Source of the DNA: Amoebidium appalachense
Taxonomy: Eukaryota; Protista; Ichthyosporea
Assembly (NCBI GenBank): GCA_963693365.1
Contig: CAVNZM010000001.1
Coordinates: 5,348,907-5,412,906 of the forward strand
DNA length: 64,000 nucleotides
Direction of reading: 5' to 3'
Part shown: piece by piece, positions 1 through 32,683 of the stretch
Position numbering within the stretch: position 1 is the stretch's first letter
Layout: every line of letters begins with the position of its first letter
Notes under the pieces: generated by a model
What the model was told of the DNA's origin: nothing
The model's input: only the letters and a program-made list of their open reading frames with translations
Database searches by the model: none
Translations under genes and position numbers: made by a program

Positions 1-633
1 TGAGCCTTGAAGGCGAAGCTTCAGTTGCATCTCACTCCAAGTGTTAATTGGTTGACTATCACAATCTATAAACTCCGTTTGGTCGCACCGACACCAAACA
101 ATTCGTCTAATAATATTTCGGAGGCGGGGTATAAATTCGTTTTCTCTTGCACTCTCTCATTCCATGGGAAACTCACCACGATGTTGTTGCTTTCGACATT
201 TCCCACCCCTCTCTCGCAGGTGCATGTTTGAGAGGGTCACATCACTTCCCAGAATATTAGTTCACTTGGGCTATGTTAGTTAGTTCCACGGGTGTCCAGA
301 TCAAACATGCAACCGTAGGTAGATAAGCGCGAACGAGTACGTTGAGAAACGAGCAATATACACATCAGTTATAGCAGCTTTGACGTTCTCATCTTCCACT
401 TCTTTTCAAAGGTGTCCTATTAGCCCCTTCCTTATATTTTTTGTTTTGTTTTTAAACCTCCGAACGATCACAGAGTTTGGCATTGGTAATTTCTGTCTAT
501 ACTACTGTTTAAACTTCTTTTCAAGCTTACCATCCTTATCTAACGTTGTCTTCTGTCCGACCACGCTTCAAGCACATACGCCAACCAGAAGACTTCATAA
601 CCCTCCTCCCGAGGCTTAGACATCAGCACGAAA

Positions 634-957
634 ATGGTTTTATCTTCCTGTATTCGTCACGTAACTGTCGAGTATAGTGAAGGGAGGTCTCTTTCCTCCC
701 CTTCACACACGAGAAGAAACCTCCTAAAGGAGCGCCGCCAAAATGGGCATGTTCACTTCGACACTCGTGTCCGTGTTTCAGAAACGTACAGCGCACTTGA
801 ATACGACCGTAGTGGGAGAGGTTTCATGAGAATGAGACGGTTCAAGGGCGGAGATTCATGGTATGACTCGTCGGTGAACATGGGTGCCTTTTACGATACC
901 CTCTTGTATGCCTGTGTGGCGGTAGTGACGGCGGTAGCTCTCCGCGTGTGGGGTTGA
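634..957 (+). CDS. Small intronless protein with a PP1-docking motif and a C-terminal hydrophobic anchor (putative PP1 regulatory subunit)
   Basis: 107-aa ORF in non-repetitive sequence. HVHFDTRVRVSETYSALEYDR matches the RVxF...TYS..EYDR pattern of spinophilin/neurabin/Bni4-type PP1 binders. C-terminal LLYACVAVVTAVALRVWG is hydrophobic. Confidence 0.55.
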   Translation: MVLSSCIRHVTVEYSEGRSLSSPSHTRRNLLKERRQNGHVHFDTRVRVSETYSALEYDRSGRGFMRMRRFKGGDSWYDSSVNMGAFYDTLLYACVAVVTAVALRVWG

Positions 958-1576
958 CCATCCGTCTCAGCAGATGTGAAGCACCTTTGGTTCTGGATAG
1001 TGCTGATGACGAAGGGGGCTAGTACTGTATGAAAGTGCAACACGATGCTGAAGGTCTTCGCGAGAAATGGTTGCATGGTGAGATCTAACCAATCCCATCT
1101 GCCACAACAAAAACAAGTATTCGTATGCTTGAAGCAGGAAAAGCCACGTGATATATGAATGAAATGCTCCAACGCAGTGAAGCTAACTCTGCCGTAGCTT
1201 TTGTATTTAAACTTAGTCTTCCCACCCACGTTGTAGGAGGTGATTCAAGGGCTGTAAGCTAATTTGTATAGTTTTTTTTTAACGAAATGCTGCAAAGCTC
1301 ACGCCGCTGTGTACTTGATACTAAGCAGCCGGAAGTCAGCTATGAATGGCTCTGTACTATTGGCAAGCAACCCGCCATATATACTGCAGGTGTTGCCAAG
1401 ACTGGTTGACCTCCTGTATATATCTAGCGCTGTCGTTGCTCCCTTGTAAGGCTGCTATGTACATAGACACTTTCTTTTGCTAAACTTACGTGAATGGCCC
1501 TTCTCTTACATTTAAATCTTTACCCTCGTTGGTTTATGCAAGCAGCATACATATACAAGCAGGATGGATTAAAGTA

Positions 1577-1652
1577 AGCTACAGGCTCCATAACCAAGTC
1601 AAGTTAGCTCCATAACTAAGTCAAGCTACAGGCTCCATAACTAAGTCAAGTT
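1577..1652. repeat. Short imperfect tandem repeat (about 3 copies of gctccataacyaagtcaag)
   Basis: gctccataac(c/t)aagtcaag occurs three times in succession. Confidence 0.7.
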
Positions 1653-2288
1653 TTCGTCTTGACTTCATCCGGTGTGATGTACAAGCACCTTACCTGATTC
1701 TTTTCAACTAGTACAGTGTCCACCTTGCGAAAGCACGAGTGCGAAGAAATGTTGCCTGCAGAACCTAAGTCACATATGTTTTTTAGCAGATAACAAGTAC
1801 GTCAACACAAGCATAAATTGTAATCCGCTTACGAGAGGGAGGGGGAGAATAAAGCGGGGAGGCGGGGGGGGGGGGGGGGGGGGGGGGGGGAGGGAGCAGG
1901 AAGCACAAAAGATAAGTTGTAGGCGTGCCGGCCTCTGTGCCCCCCTCCTCCCCCCCCCCCACACCCACCCACCCACACCCACCCCTCCTTCCCCGTCTTT
2001 CTGACCCAAACACACGTGCGCACACTGGGTCAAGTCCACGAATTTTTTCCTTATATCATCACACCGCTACAAAGACTGGGGGAAAACGACAGCAGACATA
2101 CGCATAGAAGGCAAGAAGATATGAACGGAAACACAACCAAAACTGAGCCTCTATATAGCAGCCTTAAAGCTTTTGGTGGGTGGGCTGACAGGGGTGGTGT
2201 GTGTGTGTAGGCAGGTGGGTGGCCATATTCCTACTTTTTTAAGAAAAAAATAAATGCTTTGGCAGGTGGGTGGATGCGTGGTGGTGGT

Positions 2289-2328
<40 letters not shown>

Positions 2329-2350
2329 CGTTGGAGGGGTGGGGTGGGGT

Positions 2351-2384
<34 letters not shown>

Positions 2385-3148
2385 GGGGGGGGGGGGGGGG
2401 GGGGAAATATGGGATGTGCGCGCGGTGCTGCCTAGGGTAAAAGGCTCTGGATTCGTTATGGCCCAAGAACGAACACGTTCACTCTGTGTGTTTGCAGTCC
2501 ATTCATTTTATTTACTGCAGTGTGTCAATAGCTATCCTTAAGATAACTATTGCCCAACATGGATAAACTTTTTAGTTTCGTACGTGGAGTTAATATTGAC
2601 CATACATGTTATCATGTACATACATTTCACTTATATAATAAGAGGGTAGTATTGGGAACTATCTGCGACACCTTCTTGTTTGTTCCTGGGATAAATCACC
2701 TTCAAAACGCCACACGAACAGCATAACATAAACAGTAACAGACACCCTCTTTTTTCACTATGCAAGAGTCTAATACTTCCACTTGTGTCTTTTAAAAAGC
2801 TAACCCCCCTCCCCCCCCCCCCCCCCCCCCCCCCCCGGGGGGCGCCGCCGACAACGCCTGTTGCGTTGTCCGTTGTCCGTAACACATTCTTACCCCCCCC
2901 CCCCCCCCCCCCCCCCCTCCCCCCTCAAACCCCCACGATTGCACACACACACACACACGCACCCTCAACCCCATGAGCCATGCCGCCCCCAGGTCACTCA
3001 CCCACCCACGTGCACACCCAAACCCTACCCCGCCTTCAGGCACACCCAACACCTAATTGCACGCGTGCCCGTGAAAATAAACAAAGGGGGGGAAATCCAC
3101 ATTTCCTGCCTTTCAACCCGTCATTCGCGTCCAAAAACCTAATTTTTG

Positions 3149-22819
<19,671 letters not shown>

Positions 22820-23572
22820 CTGCAACAAAGAGATTCTTGTCAACAAAAAACAAGGAAACAGATGAAAAAGATGACACGTTGGAAATTCAAAGAAGTGAAT
22901 GGCCCAAACAGCATGACCTTGAAGCCGAGGATTCAACGGCTAGCGGGATCTTGCATGTCCGTTACCCTTTTCGACCTGATAAGTAAGGCAAGCTTAACCA
23001 GTAAAAGTGCTGCAGAAATGGCAGGGTAAGGGGAAACCCGGGGGGGGGGGGGGGGGGGGGGGGGAAAAGGTTCTGTGGGGGGTATAGGTAAGGATTAAAC
23101 ACAAAAAACCAAACGTGAAAAATGGCGGTCTGTGCACTTGTCATACACACTTGAGCGGACTTTGGGACACTTCATAAGGTATCCAGAAGGACTACACCAA
23201 AGCCGCTGAAAAGCAGTACATGTGGTTGAAGAGTATCTTGGTGGTTGCTTGATCATTGATTGTTTTCAGCATCAATAATCACGACACAAACCCAGTAGTT
23301 CCCCAACAAGTACCAAGACAACTTAGGACAGGCAGCTTGCAACCTTGACCACCCACTAACAAGCCTGGCACCGAAAGTACAATAATAGCTCTGCATGCAC
23401 ATCGATCTTTGGAAAAAGTGCAAAGGGGTTGAGATGCTAACATCAAGAGGGGCAGGGAGGGGAGGAGGGGGGGTTAAATAAATGATGCTTGGCAAACAAC
23501 ATGATATTCAACGCATGCCCAGCACAGCCCATCTTACAACGCGGGGGCCAAGGGAGAGGGGGGGGAGGGGGA

Positions 23573-23609
<37 letters not shown>

Positions 23610-25111
23610 CTTGGAGGGGGGGGCGGGGGATGCCGGTTATCACGAAAATGCTGCGTCCGTATGAAATCACCCACAGGCAGAGGCAAGACGCCACAACGAC
23701 TTTTGCATGGGTACGGCCACGGGTGTCGTTCCCCGTGAAATTATACACGGACACGTACACGCACACATAGTGAGGATCGTCAGAAAGAGAGCATGAGCAA
23801 TCAGACCGTTTTACAAAGAATAAGGGTTTCTAACACAAACATGCAGGTGCATCAGGGAAAGTAAGAGCACAATTGTCATTTTTCGCAAGCAAAGTCTCAA
23901 AACGAAACAAAAGTACCTTTTGTCGCCATCCTGCAGTCTTGTGCAAGTATTTACGCTACTACATCAGAGCCGACAGCTCTTTACCAGAAAAACGAAAAAA
24001 CCCCGTTTATGCAGTGAATCATAGACAGACTAATGCACTTATCCTCATCATCAAATTTGGCATGTGTGTGACTAAGATCCCGGGCGCCAGCCTTGTTCGC
24101 CTTCACTCCGTCGGACTCCGAGACGGTGGCTTTTTTTTTTGCTGGGGAAGGTGAAGTGCCAGTCTGAGCGGTGCATTCTTTTGATTCTCCTCAGATCGTC
24201 AGCTTCAAGGTATTTGAGATATTTTCGGGAAGCTACGGGAGTTCCAAATTCAAGACAAAAGATGGTAATTTTTTTTCCTTCTAGACCCCCCATTTTAACA
24301 TTATTTTTTCTTTCTTACATTTGAAACTCTGTTTTCTGCCAACTAAATATGGCATCAAGGCACTGTTTTTATTCACTTTTGCTATTTCTTTACTTCTTAT
24401 AACAGTTTCAAAAGACATGGGGTCTTGTTCTATGTGGATGATTGGAATGTCCTCTTGCCCAATCCTTCCTTTAGCGATTAGCCTTATTTAGCGGATGCTG
24501 CACAGCCCAGGGGGCCGCTGAGCGCAGGCTGCGGGGGGGGGGGGGGGGGGGGGAGGGGGGGGGGGGGGGGGGGGGGAACAGGGGCAGGTGTGAGGAGGGA
24601 ACGGCGGAGGGGGGGGGGAACAGGGGCAGGTGTGAGGAGGGAACGGCGGAGAAAGTTGGTGAATTAGAGAGGATAGCTGCTGTGAGGGAAAGAGACTCGG
24701 AGTCGTGCGAATTATTGAGGATCTGAATACGAATTGCACATGTGACATAAAATCCAACTGGTGCCTGTGATGATTCCGATGATGTTCAAGTGCTGGCGCG
24801 GCCGGTGTGATGATGTTTATACATGCATCCATGCATACAAGTATTCAAGTACGTATAAGAAATGTGTACAACCATGTGCGTTTACACAAACACACAGGAC
24901 AACTTGTCTGGTTGAGGTCTGGTTGTTTCGTACGCTTTTTGCGTATTTGCTGTAAAGGGATATGCTAGTGCCTTGCTAGCACAATTACACACACACATTC
25001 TTCGTCCCTCTCAGTGATTTTTTTAGCACACAGAGTGGTATACATAGGTACACACGCACACACACACACAGACAGACACGTAACACACAAACACACACAT
25101 ACACACACACG

Positions 25112-25181
<70 letters not shown>

Positions 25182-26367
25182 GAGAGAGAGAGGGTTAGAG
25201 AGAGAGTGAGACAAACACACACATGCGCTTGCATACACCCACACAGGCACATACATACACAAACACTGGCTCAAACAACAAACACATTCAACACACTGGC
25301 ATACATACAAACACACGTGTGCACAAACACACACACACAGAGCCTACACAAGGGCGCACACACCCAGAAAAACATGCATGTATACATCAGCACGCAGCAC
25401 ACAGACACACGGACGCACGCACACAGCCACACCATTATCATCAATCAGATAGTCCACAGCCATACTGTTTCGCATTGGCCCGGACCCTCTCCTTCTTCGC
25501 CCCAACCACTTCACCCCGGCTGTCAGACTGGCTCTAAGTAGTGACTATAAAACTCCCTTCAATGCCTTTTCTATTCCACCACGCCCCCTTCCTCCAACAC
25601 GCACACGGACACTCCGGCCCGACCTCTCTGCAGGCCTGCACAATACGACCATGCGCTGACACAAACATACTCTGCGCAGACTCAGACACACACATACACA
25701 AGTGCAAAAACACACTTCGCCCACACACACGCAACAGGTTCGCACATGTATGCAGACACACCACACACCTAATCACCGCCAAGTATCCTTCCACATGCCT
25801 AAGCATAGCATACCCCGTGCTGCACAACTTCGGTCCTCATATTCCGGTACACCAGAAGCTCACCATACAGCACCTCAGGAGAGGGAAAAAATCCCGAGAT
25901 CAGGTGACGCAGCATCAAAAGCATGAATAGGATATTAATATTGGCGTGTCTATTTCATAGGTTTTTGTAGTGGGATAAATGGGTAGGTCTGCGCTGGCGC
26001 ACACAGTAGCATATTTTTGGGGAGTTGATTGTGTTAGGAAGTGGGGGCAACAGTCTGGCCGTCCGTCTGGTACTACTAGAGAGAAGGGGGGGGTATGATT
26101 GGAGGGGGGGGTGTTCAGCTAACCTTATATGGATAAAGCAAAGTTACAAGGATTCAAGCCATTGGTTGGGCAAGACCCCTTTTGCCGAATATGGATAACA
26201 GATCATACACTGCTGTAGGCGGCGGTCAGGAATTGGCGCGCTCTTTACTGGTCACAACCAGTCCGGGAAGGCCATGAGCAGCATTGCCGAGCACACTGGA
26301 ATACGGGAATGTTTGCGGTAACGTAGTCGCACTAGGGGGGCAGGGGGCCAGGCCCCAAGTGTTTAAA

Positions 26368-27763
26368 ATGAAGCCAGGCTGCCCTAAGGGCACAACACAG
26401 CGCCCTGGGCATAAAACAGGCGGAGCTAGGGAGGGAGCTGGGCGCAAAAAAAAAGATGCTGCATTTGTTCAGCCTTTAGCGAACTTTGCAGGTTTTGGGA
26501 CGGCAAACAAAGCTGTTTTGCAGGAACTAAACGTAAACGTACAACCCGAACAGCCCCCTCTATCTAAGGCCGCCGACATAAGGGCCCGTGTAGTTGAGGC
26601 AGGTAGCGTCCATTCGTTACCAAGAGAAATGGATCGGGCCCCTGCTCCACACCCACCAGACATACAGGTGCAACCCGACGAGGAACCTTTGCTAAATGCA
26701 GCAGCAGATGCGTACCGGGTAGACGAGGATGAAGGGGAGGAAGAGGGAGAAGATAATACGGACGGGGATGACGGTGGAGAGGAGTTTTCTGACGCGGCGG
26801 GCGAAACAATCAAGTCGCACCTGCACACAGTGAAAGAGAGTCTCAAAGATGAGAAGACGCCTGTGGGGTGGCATCTTCCACCTCCCATTATAGGCTTTAA
26901 ATTTGGGGGCGATCCAGCGCCTTTCTACAAACCCAGATGTTTTGCCTGGCTTCCGGAAAGGTTGTCTCCCGGTTTCATGGTGCCGTGCCCCTTCGATGAT
27001 CACTACGTGGACCCCCACAACCACCCCAACCCACACCGTACTTCTCGCAATGGGTTCATGAGCAACCCCGTAGGACGGCGTGTTATCGACTTTGACAGCT
27101 GCTACTACATTATCACGGCCCGGTACTTTTGTGACACATGCAAAAAAAACTTTGCCGGCACAAACCCCCAGACAATTAAACGCCTTCCACTCTTCATGCG
27201 TGATCAGTTTCCGGCCTACCTTAGCCACCGCAGTGGGCTCGACCTAAAGGTGGTAACATTGTTGCGTGCACTGGCAGACAAAGGTGTGGGCCCAAACGCC
27301 TTTGCCACCCTCCTCTCGGAGCTCCACAAGCAGCGATACGACGAGCAGCGGCTCCTGTATTACTCGAGGGCGCTGCATTGGACCAAGTATGAACTCAAAA
27401 AGCGTAACGATTTCCGCCCCCACGACCAGCGCCTGACAGAACTTCCCCCAGAGGAGCAGGCGGCTAAGTTCTCGGCGTTTGGTGACAAAAATGGTTACGC
27501 TGGACATGTGCCTTCAGGCAAGTGTGCACTGCATTTTGGGTGTGTAAATGGTCCCCATTGTTTTGTATGCACGTGCTTGGGCATTTTTTGGGTTGGCTTG
27601 GTAGGGTTTTGTTTTATTATTTTTTATTTTTTTTTTTAGGGGGGGGGGGGGACTTGGAAATGGGTTTTGGAAGTGTGGTCAATAAGTTTCTATTATGGTG
27701 GTGGTGGATGTGTGGTGGTGGATGTGCGCCTGTGAGTGTGCGTGTACTTGTGGGTCCGTGTGT

Positions 27764-27794
<31 letters not shown>

Positions 27795-27887
27795 GGGGGA
27801 GGGGGGGGGAGGGGGGACATGGTGATGGATTAGGTGGTGGTGGTGGCAATCAGTCATGGTGGTGGTGGTGGTGGTGGTGGTGGTGGT

Positions 27888-27926
<39 letters not shown>

Positions 27927-28293
27927 GGGGGGGGGCAGAGGGATCATCAGAGGGGTGAAAGCATAACGGTCCATGTACCAGTGAGTGTGCTTGGGAAATC
28001 GTGGAGAACTGTTATGCCTGAAATTGAGATGGTGGGTGTGCGCATGTGTGTCTGTGTGTGTTGGGGGAAAGGAGGTGGAGAGCGGGGGGGGGGGGGGGGG
28101 GGGGGGGGGGGAGGGGCACATGGTGGTAGACTGGATCTTGGTGGCGGTACTTAATGGTTATTATAGTAGTGGCAGGAGGGTGTGGGGGGAAGGGCAAACG
28201 GACGTGCAGGGGACAAACTGCAGATGGGGCACAAAGGGGAAAGAAGGTGAAAGTTGGTGCAATGACTTGGAGGGTTTGCGCGCGCCGGGGAGG

Positions 28294-28342
<49 letters not shown>

Positions 28343-28771
28343 AACGGCCGGAGATGGGTGTGTAGCGTTTTTGAGATGGGAAAAGCCATACAGACTTACG
28401 AAAATACAGAGAGGTGAGATGAACACGAGGGACTAGAGGGAATGGGGGGGATGGTCCTGATGGGAGGGTGGTGGAGTTCTAACAGTACTTGGGGTTCAGG
28501 CAAATACCTGAGTGCCGTGTATACTGAGTTCAGCGACCGCACGGCAAAGTACCAGAGCCTGGACACGCAGCTCAAGCCCGTAAACAACGTGCTCAAGGCC
28601 GACCACACCTTCCAAATTGGGAAGCTCACCGGCATCAATGGGGAGCCTCTGTACCGAGGCCTATGGACTTGTGTAAACGAGCTTGGCGGTGTGTGGTCCC
28701 TCCTCTTCTCCCCCCTCCCCCCACTCTCCCCCAGGCCCCCTTCCCCCCTCCCCCCCCCCCCCCCACACCCC

Positions 28772-28802
<31 letters not shown>

Positions 28803-29035
28803 ACACACGCCCCCCTCCCCCCCCTCCCCCCCTCCCCCCTCTAGGGCCTTTAAATCTCTTAGGCTCCACATTTAATGAGGTGGCACACTGTGAGTAGAGG
28901 TTTGTAGTATGTGGGTTTTGGGGACAATTCTTGCCCTGTCGAGCAAAAACTAGGAAGCTCCAGATATGTGTGTATGTGTTTTTGCTGGGTAGAGATTGGG
29001 GTGGGCTGGGGTGGAGCTTTCTTTTGGCGGGGAAT

Positions 29036-29105
<70 letters not shown>

Positions 29106-30602
29106 AGGCGGCTTCTGCCAAGCAGAATGGGAGTAGGGGCCAGTGATTGCAAGGGATGCAGGGGGGGGGGGGGGGGGGGGGGGAGAGACACCACCGTCGG
29201 GGTTGAAGGTAGAGAGGGCAAGAGGCCCGGGGTGGGGTGGGGGGGGGGGGGGGGGGGGGGACAGTAGGTGCCATATGGAGGGCTGTCCCATGGTTTGGGG
29301 GGAGGGGGAGTGGGGAAGGATCGTGGGCACATGGGTTTGGGGGGAAGGCAGAGAGGGGGAAAGGATTGTGATCACAAGGGTTTAGGGGGAGGAAGGGGGA
29401 AGGATTGTAGGTACATGGGTTTAGGGGGGAGGGGGGGGGGAAGATTTTGGGGGAAAGGGAGGCCTGGGGAAAGTATGTGGGCACATGGGTTTGGGGGGAA
29501 GGAGGGGGAAGGGTTTTGGGGGGAGAGGGAGGGGAAAGTATGTGGGCACATGGGTTTGGGGGGAGGGAGGGGGAAAGGATTGTGTGGGCACTGAAGTCTC
29601 GTGAAGGGCCATGTGGTAAGGGAAGCTAGAACATGCATGGCTGCTCGGAGATGCCCTCTCACACAGTGCGGCACCCCAGAGATCCGGGCGCAGGTATTTA
29701 CACGGGACTGCAGCCACCAGGAGATTGAGCCCGTGATCCAGCGCATCTCTGCCACCACGGCGGCGCTCAACAGCAAGGGCCCGGCCTTCTTCTACACAGA
29801 TCGGTGCTGCCAAGACCGGGCGTTTGTTGAGCGCATGTTTCCAACCCTAGCCCGGCCAAAATGCCCCGTCCGTCTGAACGAGGCTGCGCTGGTAAGCGTG
29901 ACGGACGGTCTGCCTGGGCTGGAGCTGCCGGCCAACTACCCTAAGCCGGTGTACACCGACTGCCAGGGGGCGGTGGTGGCTACAGCGGCCATTCGTGCCG
30001 ACCTGGAGGGGCAGCAGCACCGCGTGGTGGGGCTGGACTGCGAGTGGGTCTATCGGGTGGGCCAGGCGCGGTCCAAGGTTTGCACGCTGCAGATTGCCAC
30101 CGCACGGGCCGTGTACATCTTCCACTTGGCACGCATGGGCCCCAACCACAGCCCGCCCGCGCGGCTGGTGGACGAGCTGATTGCGCTGCTTAGGGACCCC
30201 AGCATCATCAAGGTGGGCAAGCAGATCGGCACGGACTCGGCCCACCTCAACAAGGACTACGGCACCCCTGTGGCCAGCTATCTGGAGCTGGGCCGGTTCT
30301 GCTATGCCCGTGCAGCTATCACCTCTGCGGCCCGGGGCTTGGCCGACATCACTGCCCAGGTCATAGGCAAGAAGCTGCCCAAGCCGGCACTTGTTCGATG
30401 CTCCAACTGGCACGAGCCGCTATCAGAGGTGCAGGCCACCTACGCTGCCCTTGATGCATATGCGTCCCTGCAGGTCTACTCGGCCGTGGTCGATAGGCCA
30501 AACCTGTCAGGTGTGTATCCCACCTGCTTTTTGCCCCAGTGCTTATGTGCTTATGCCAGATATAGAAAGATTGTGGGCCCCCCAGAGGAGAGGGGAGGGG
30601 GA

Positions 30603-30638
<36 letters not shown>

Positions 30639-30732
30639 GGCTGACCACATGGGCCAGTGTTCCAGTTGTGTTATGCTGGGTGTCGGGTGGCTATCAAAGG
30701 AGGGGGTGATTGGTGGTGGTGGTGGTGGTGGT

Positions 30733-30765
<33 letters not shown>

Positions 30766-31819
30766 CTATAGCACTGTTAACACGTGCAAGTGCCACACAA
30801 GCTGGGCACTGGGAGAGGGGGGGGGGGGGGGGGGAGGGAGAAGGGGGGGGGGGGGGGGGGGGGGGGGAAGGGGGGTTGCTAAGGAATATGCATTTGATTT
30901 TTGTGGAGCGAAGAGAAAAACGTTGGTGCTGTGGCTTTTTGGCTGAGTTTTTTGCTTCCCTCTATGACATGCAGCGCGGCTTCATGCAAAGGCACTCGGT
31001 GAAGGGGTTGAGATTGTGCCCCGGCGGGGCCCACATGCTGCAGCAGCCACCGGGGTGGTGCTGGCTGTGCAGCCGGAGCGCTGGGGGGGCATGAAGGTGG
31101 GCAAGAAGCATGCAGTGGTGCGGGTGGATCAGGTGCTGTCGCCGGCCATGCAGGTGCCCTTTGGCCCCGACAAGGGCAAGACCCTGGGAGAGCTGGGCCC
31201 GCCGCCCTTTGAGCTGATGGTGCACCTGCAGTGGCTACGGCCCATTCAGCCCCCACCGGACCCAGGTGCCGAGGTGCCGGTGGTCCCTGACCCAGCCCCT
31301 CCCCCTGCCAGGCCTCCCCCTGCCGAGCAGCAGCAACCCCTTGCCGGCCCACAGGCACCCCCCCAGGACCCCCAGGCAGCCCCGGGGGGCCTTGAGGCAG
31401 CCCCAGGGGGACCCGAGGCAGCTCCCAGAGAGGGCATGTTGGGCCAGGCACCGCCTGGGGAGGTGGTGTGGCAGACTGTGCTGAATGACGCCTTCCACTC
31501 CATTGCAAACACGGCGGACGGCACGTACAAGTCACACCCCCGCAGGGCTGAGTACGCACGCGCACTCAGCGAGGCAATATTTGTGTGGAATGAAGAGGAT
31601 TACGGACATGTGAAGGTGCCCCCCCCCCCTCCCCCCCCCCCAAAATAAAAAATAAAAAATAAAAATAAAAAAAACGGCAACAACAACATGCGTGACTGAC
31701 GCGCACACACACATACACTCGTTAGCACACACTCACCATTCCACCCACAACCATGCACACCTTCGACAAAACTTCTGAGGGAAGAGAGAGAGCCTGAGCC
31801 TCAGAGAGAGGGGGGGCAA

Positions 31820-31897
<78 letters not shown>

Positions 31898-32472
31898 GGA
31901 GAGTGGGGGTTATTCATATGCCTAGAGAGAAATAATGTAGGGTTGTGGGGGGAAATAGCCACATGCATTTTTTACTTGTGTTGGGGGAGAAGATGGGGGG
32001 GGTGGAGGGGAGGGGTCCTACAATAACGGCAGGTATCAAAGTCTACCAAACCCAAATTGCAGTGTGCGTAGTAAATTAATATTGGCATCCTGCCTCACAG
32101 GGGGTGCTGGAGCAGAAGGGCATCGACATTGAAACCGAGCTCAAGGGCGGCGACCTGAGCTACTTCATGGAGCGCATCCGGCGGGTTATTCCCGACCCAT
32201 ACACGCTGGTCTCGCGGCTGGTGGAGTTCAAAAACACCTACAAGGATGTGCCGCCCGGACCGGATGGCAAGCCTCTGTTCAAGAAGGATGGCTTTGAAAG
32301 ACTCGAGGCAACATCCCCCCCCCCCCCCCTCCCCCTGCAGGCGCCCAACAACTCCACCACCACAGAAAAGGTTCTTCGCTTATTTGTCATCCTTGGTTCA
32401 TCTGCACACACACGCACACCCTAGCCTCCCCCCCCCCCCCCCCCTCCCCCCCCCCAAACATACACACACACA

Positions 32473-32550
<78 letters not shown>

Positions 32551-32634
32551 CCCGCACGGCCCTTGCTGCCTAGCCAGTTGTTTTTTGCCTTTCCCTGCTC
32601 GTTTTTTTCCTTAGCAACCCCATCCCCCCCCCCC

Positions 32635-32683
<49 letters not shown>

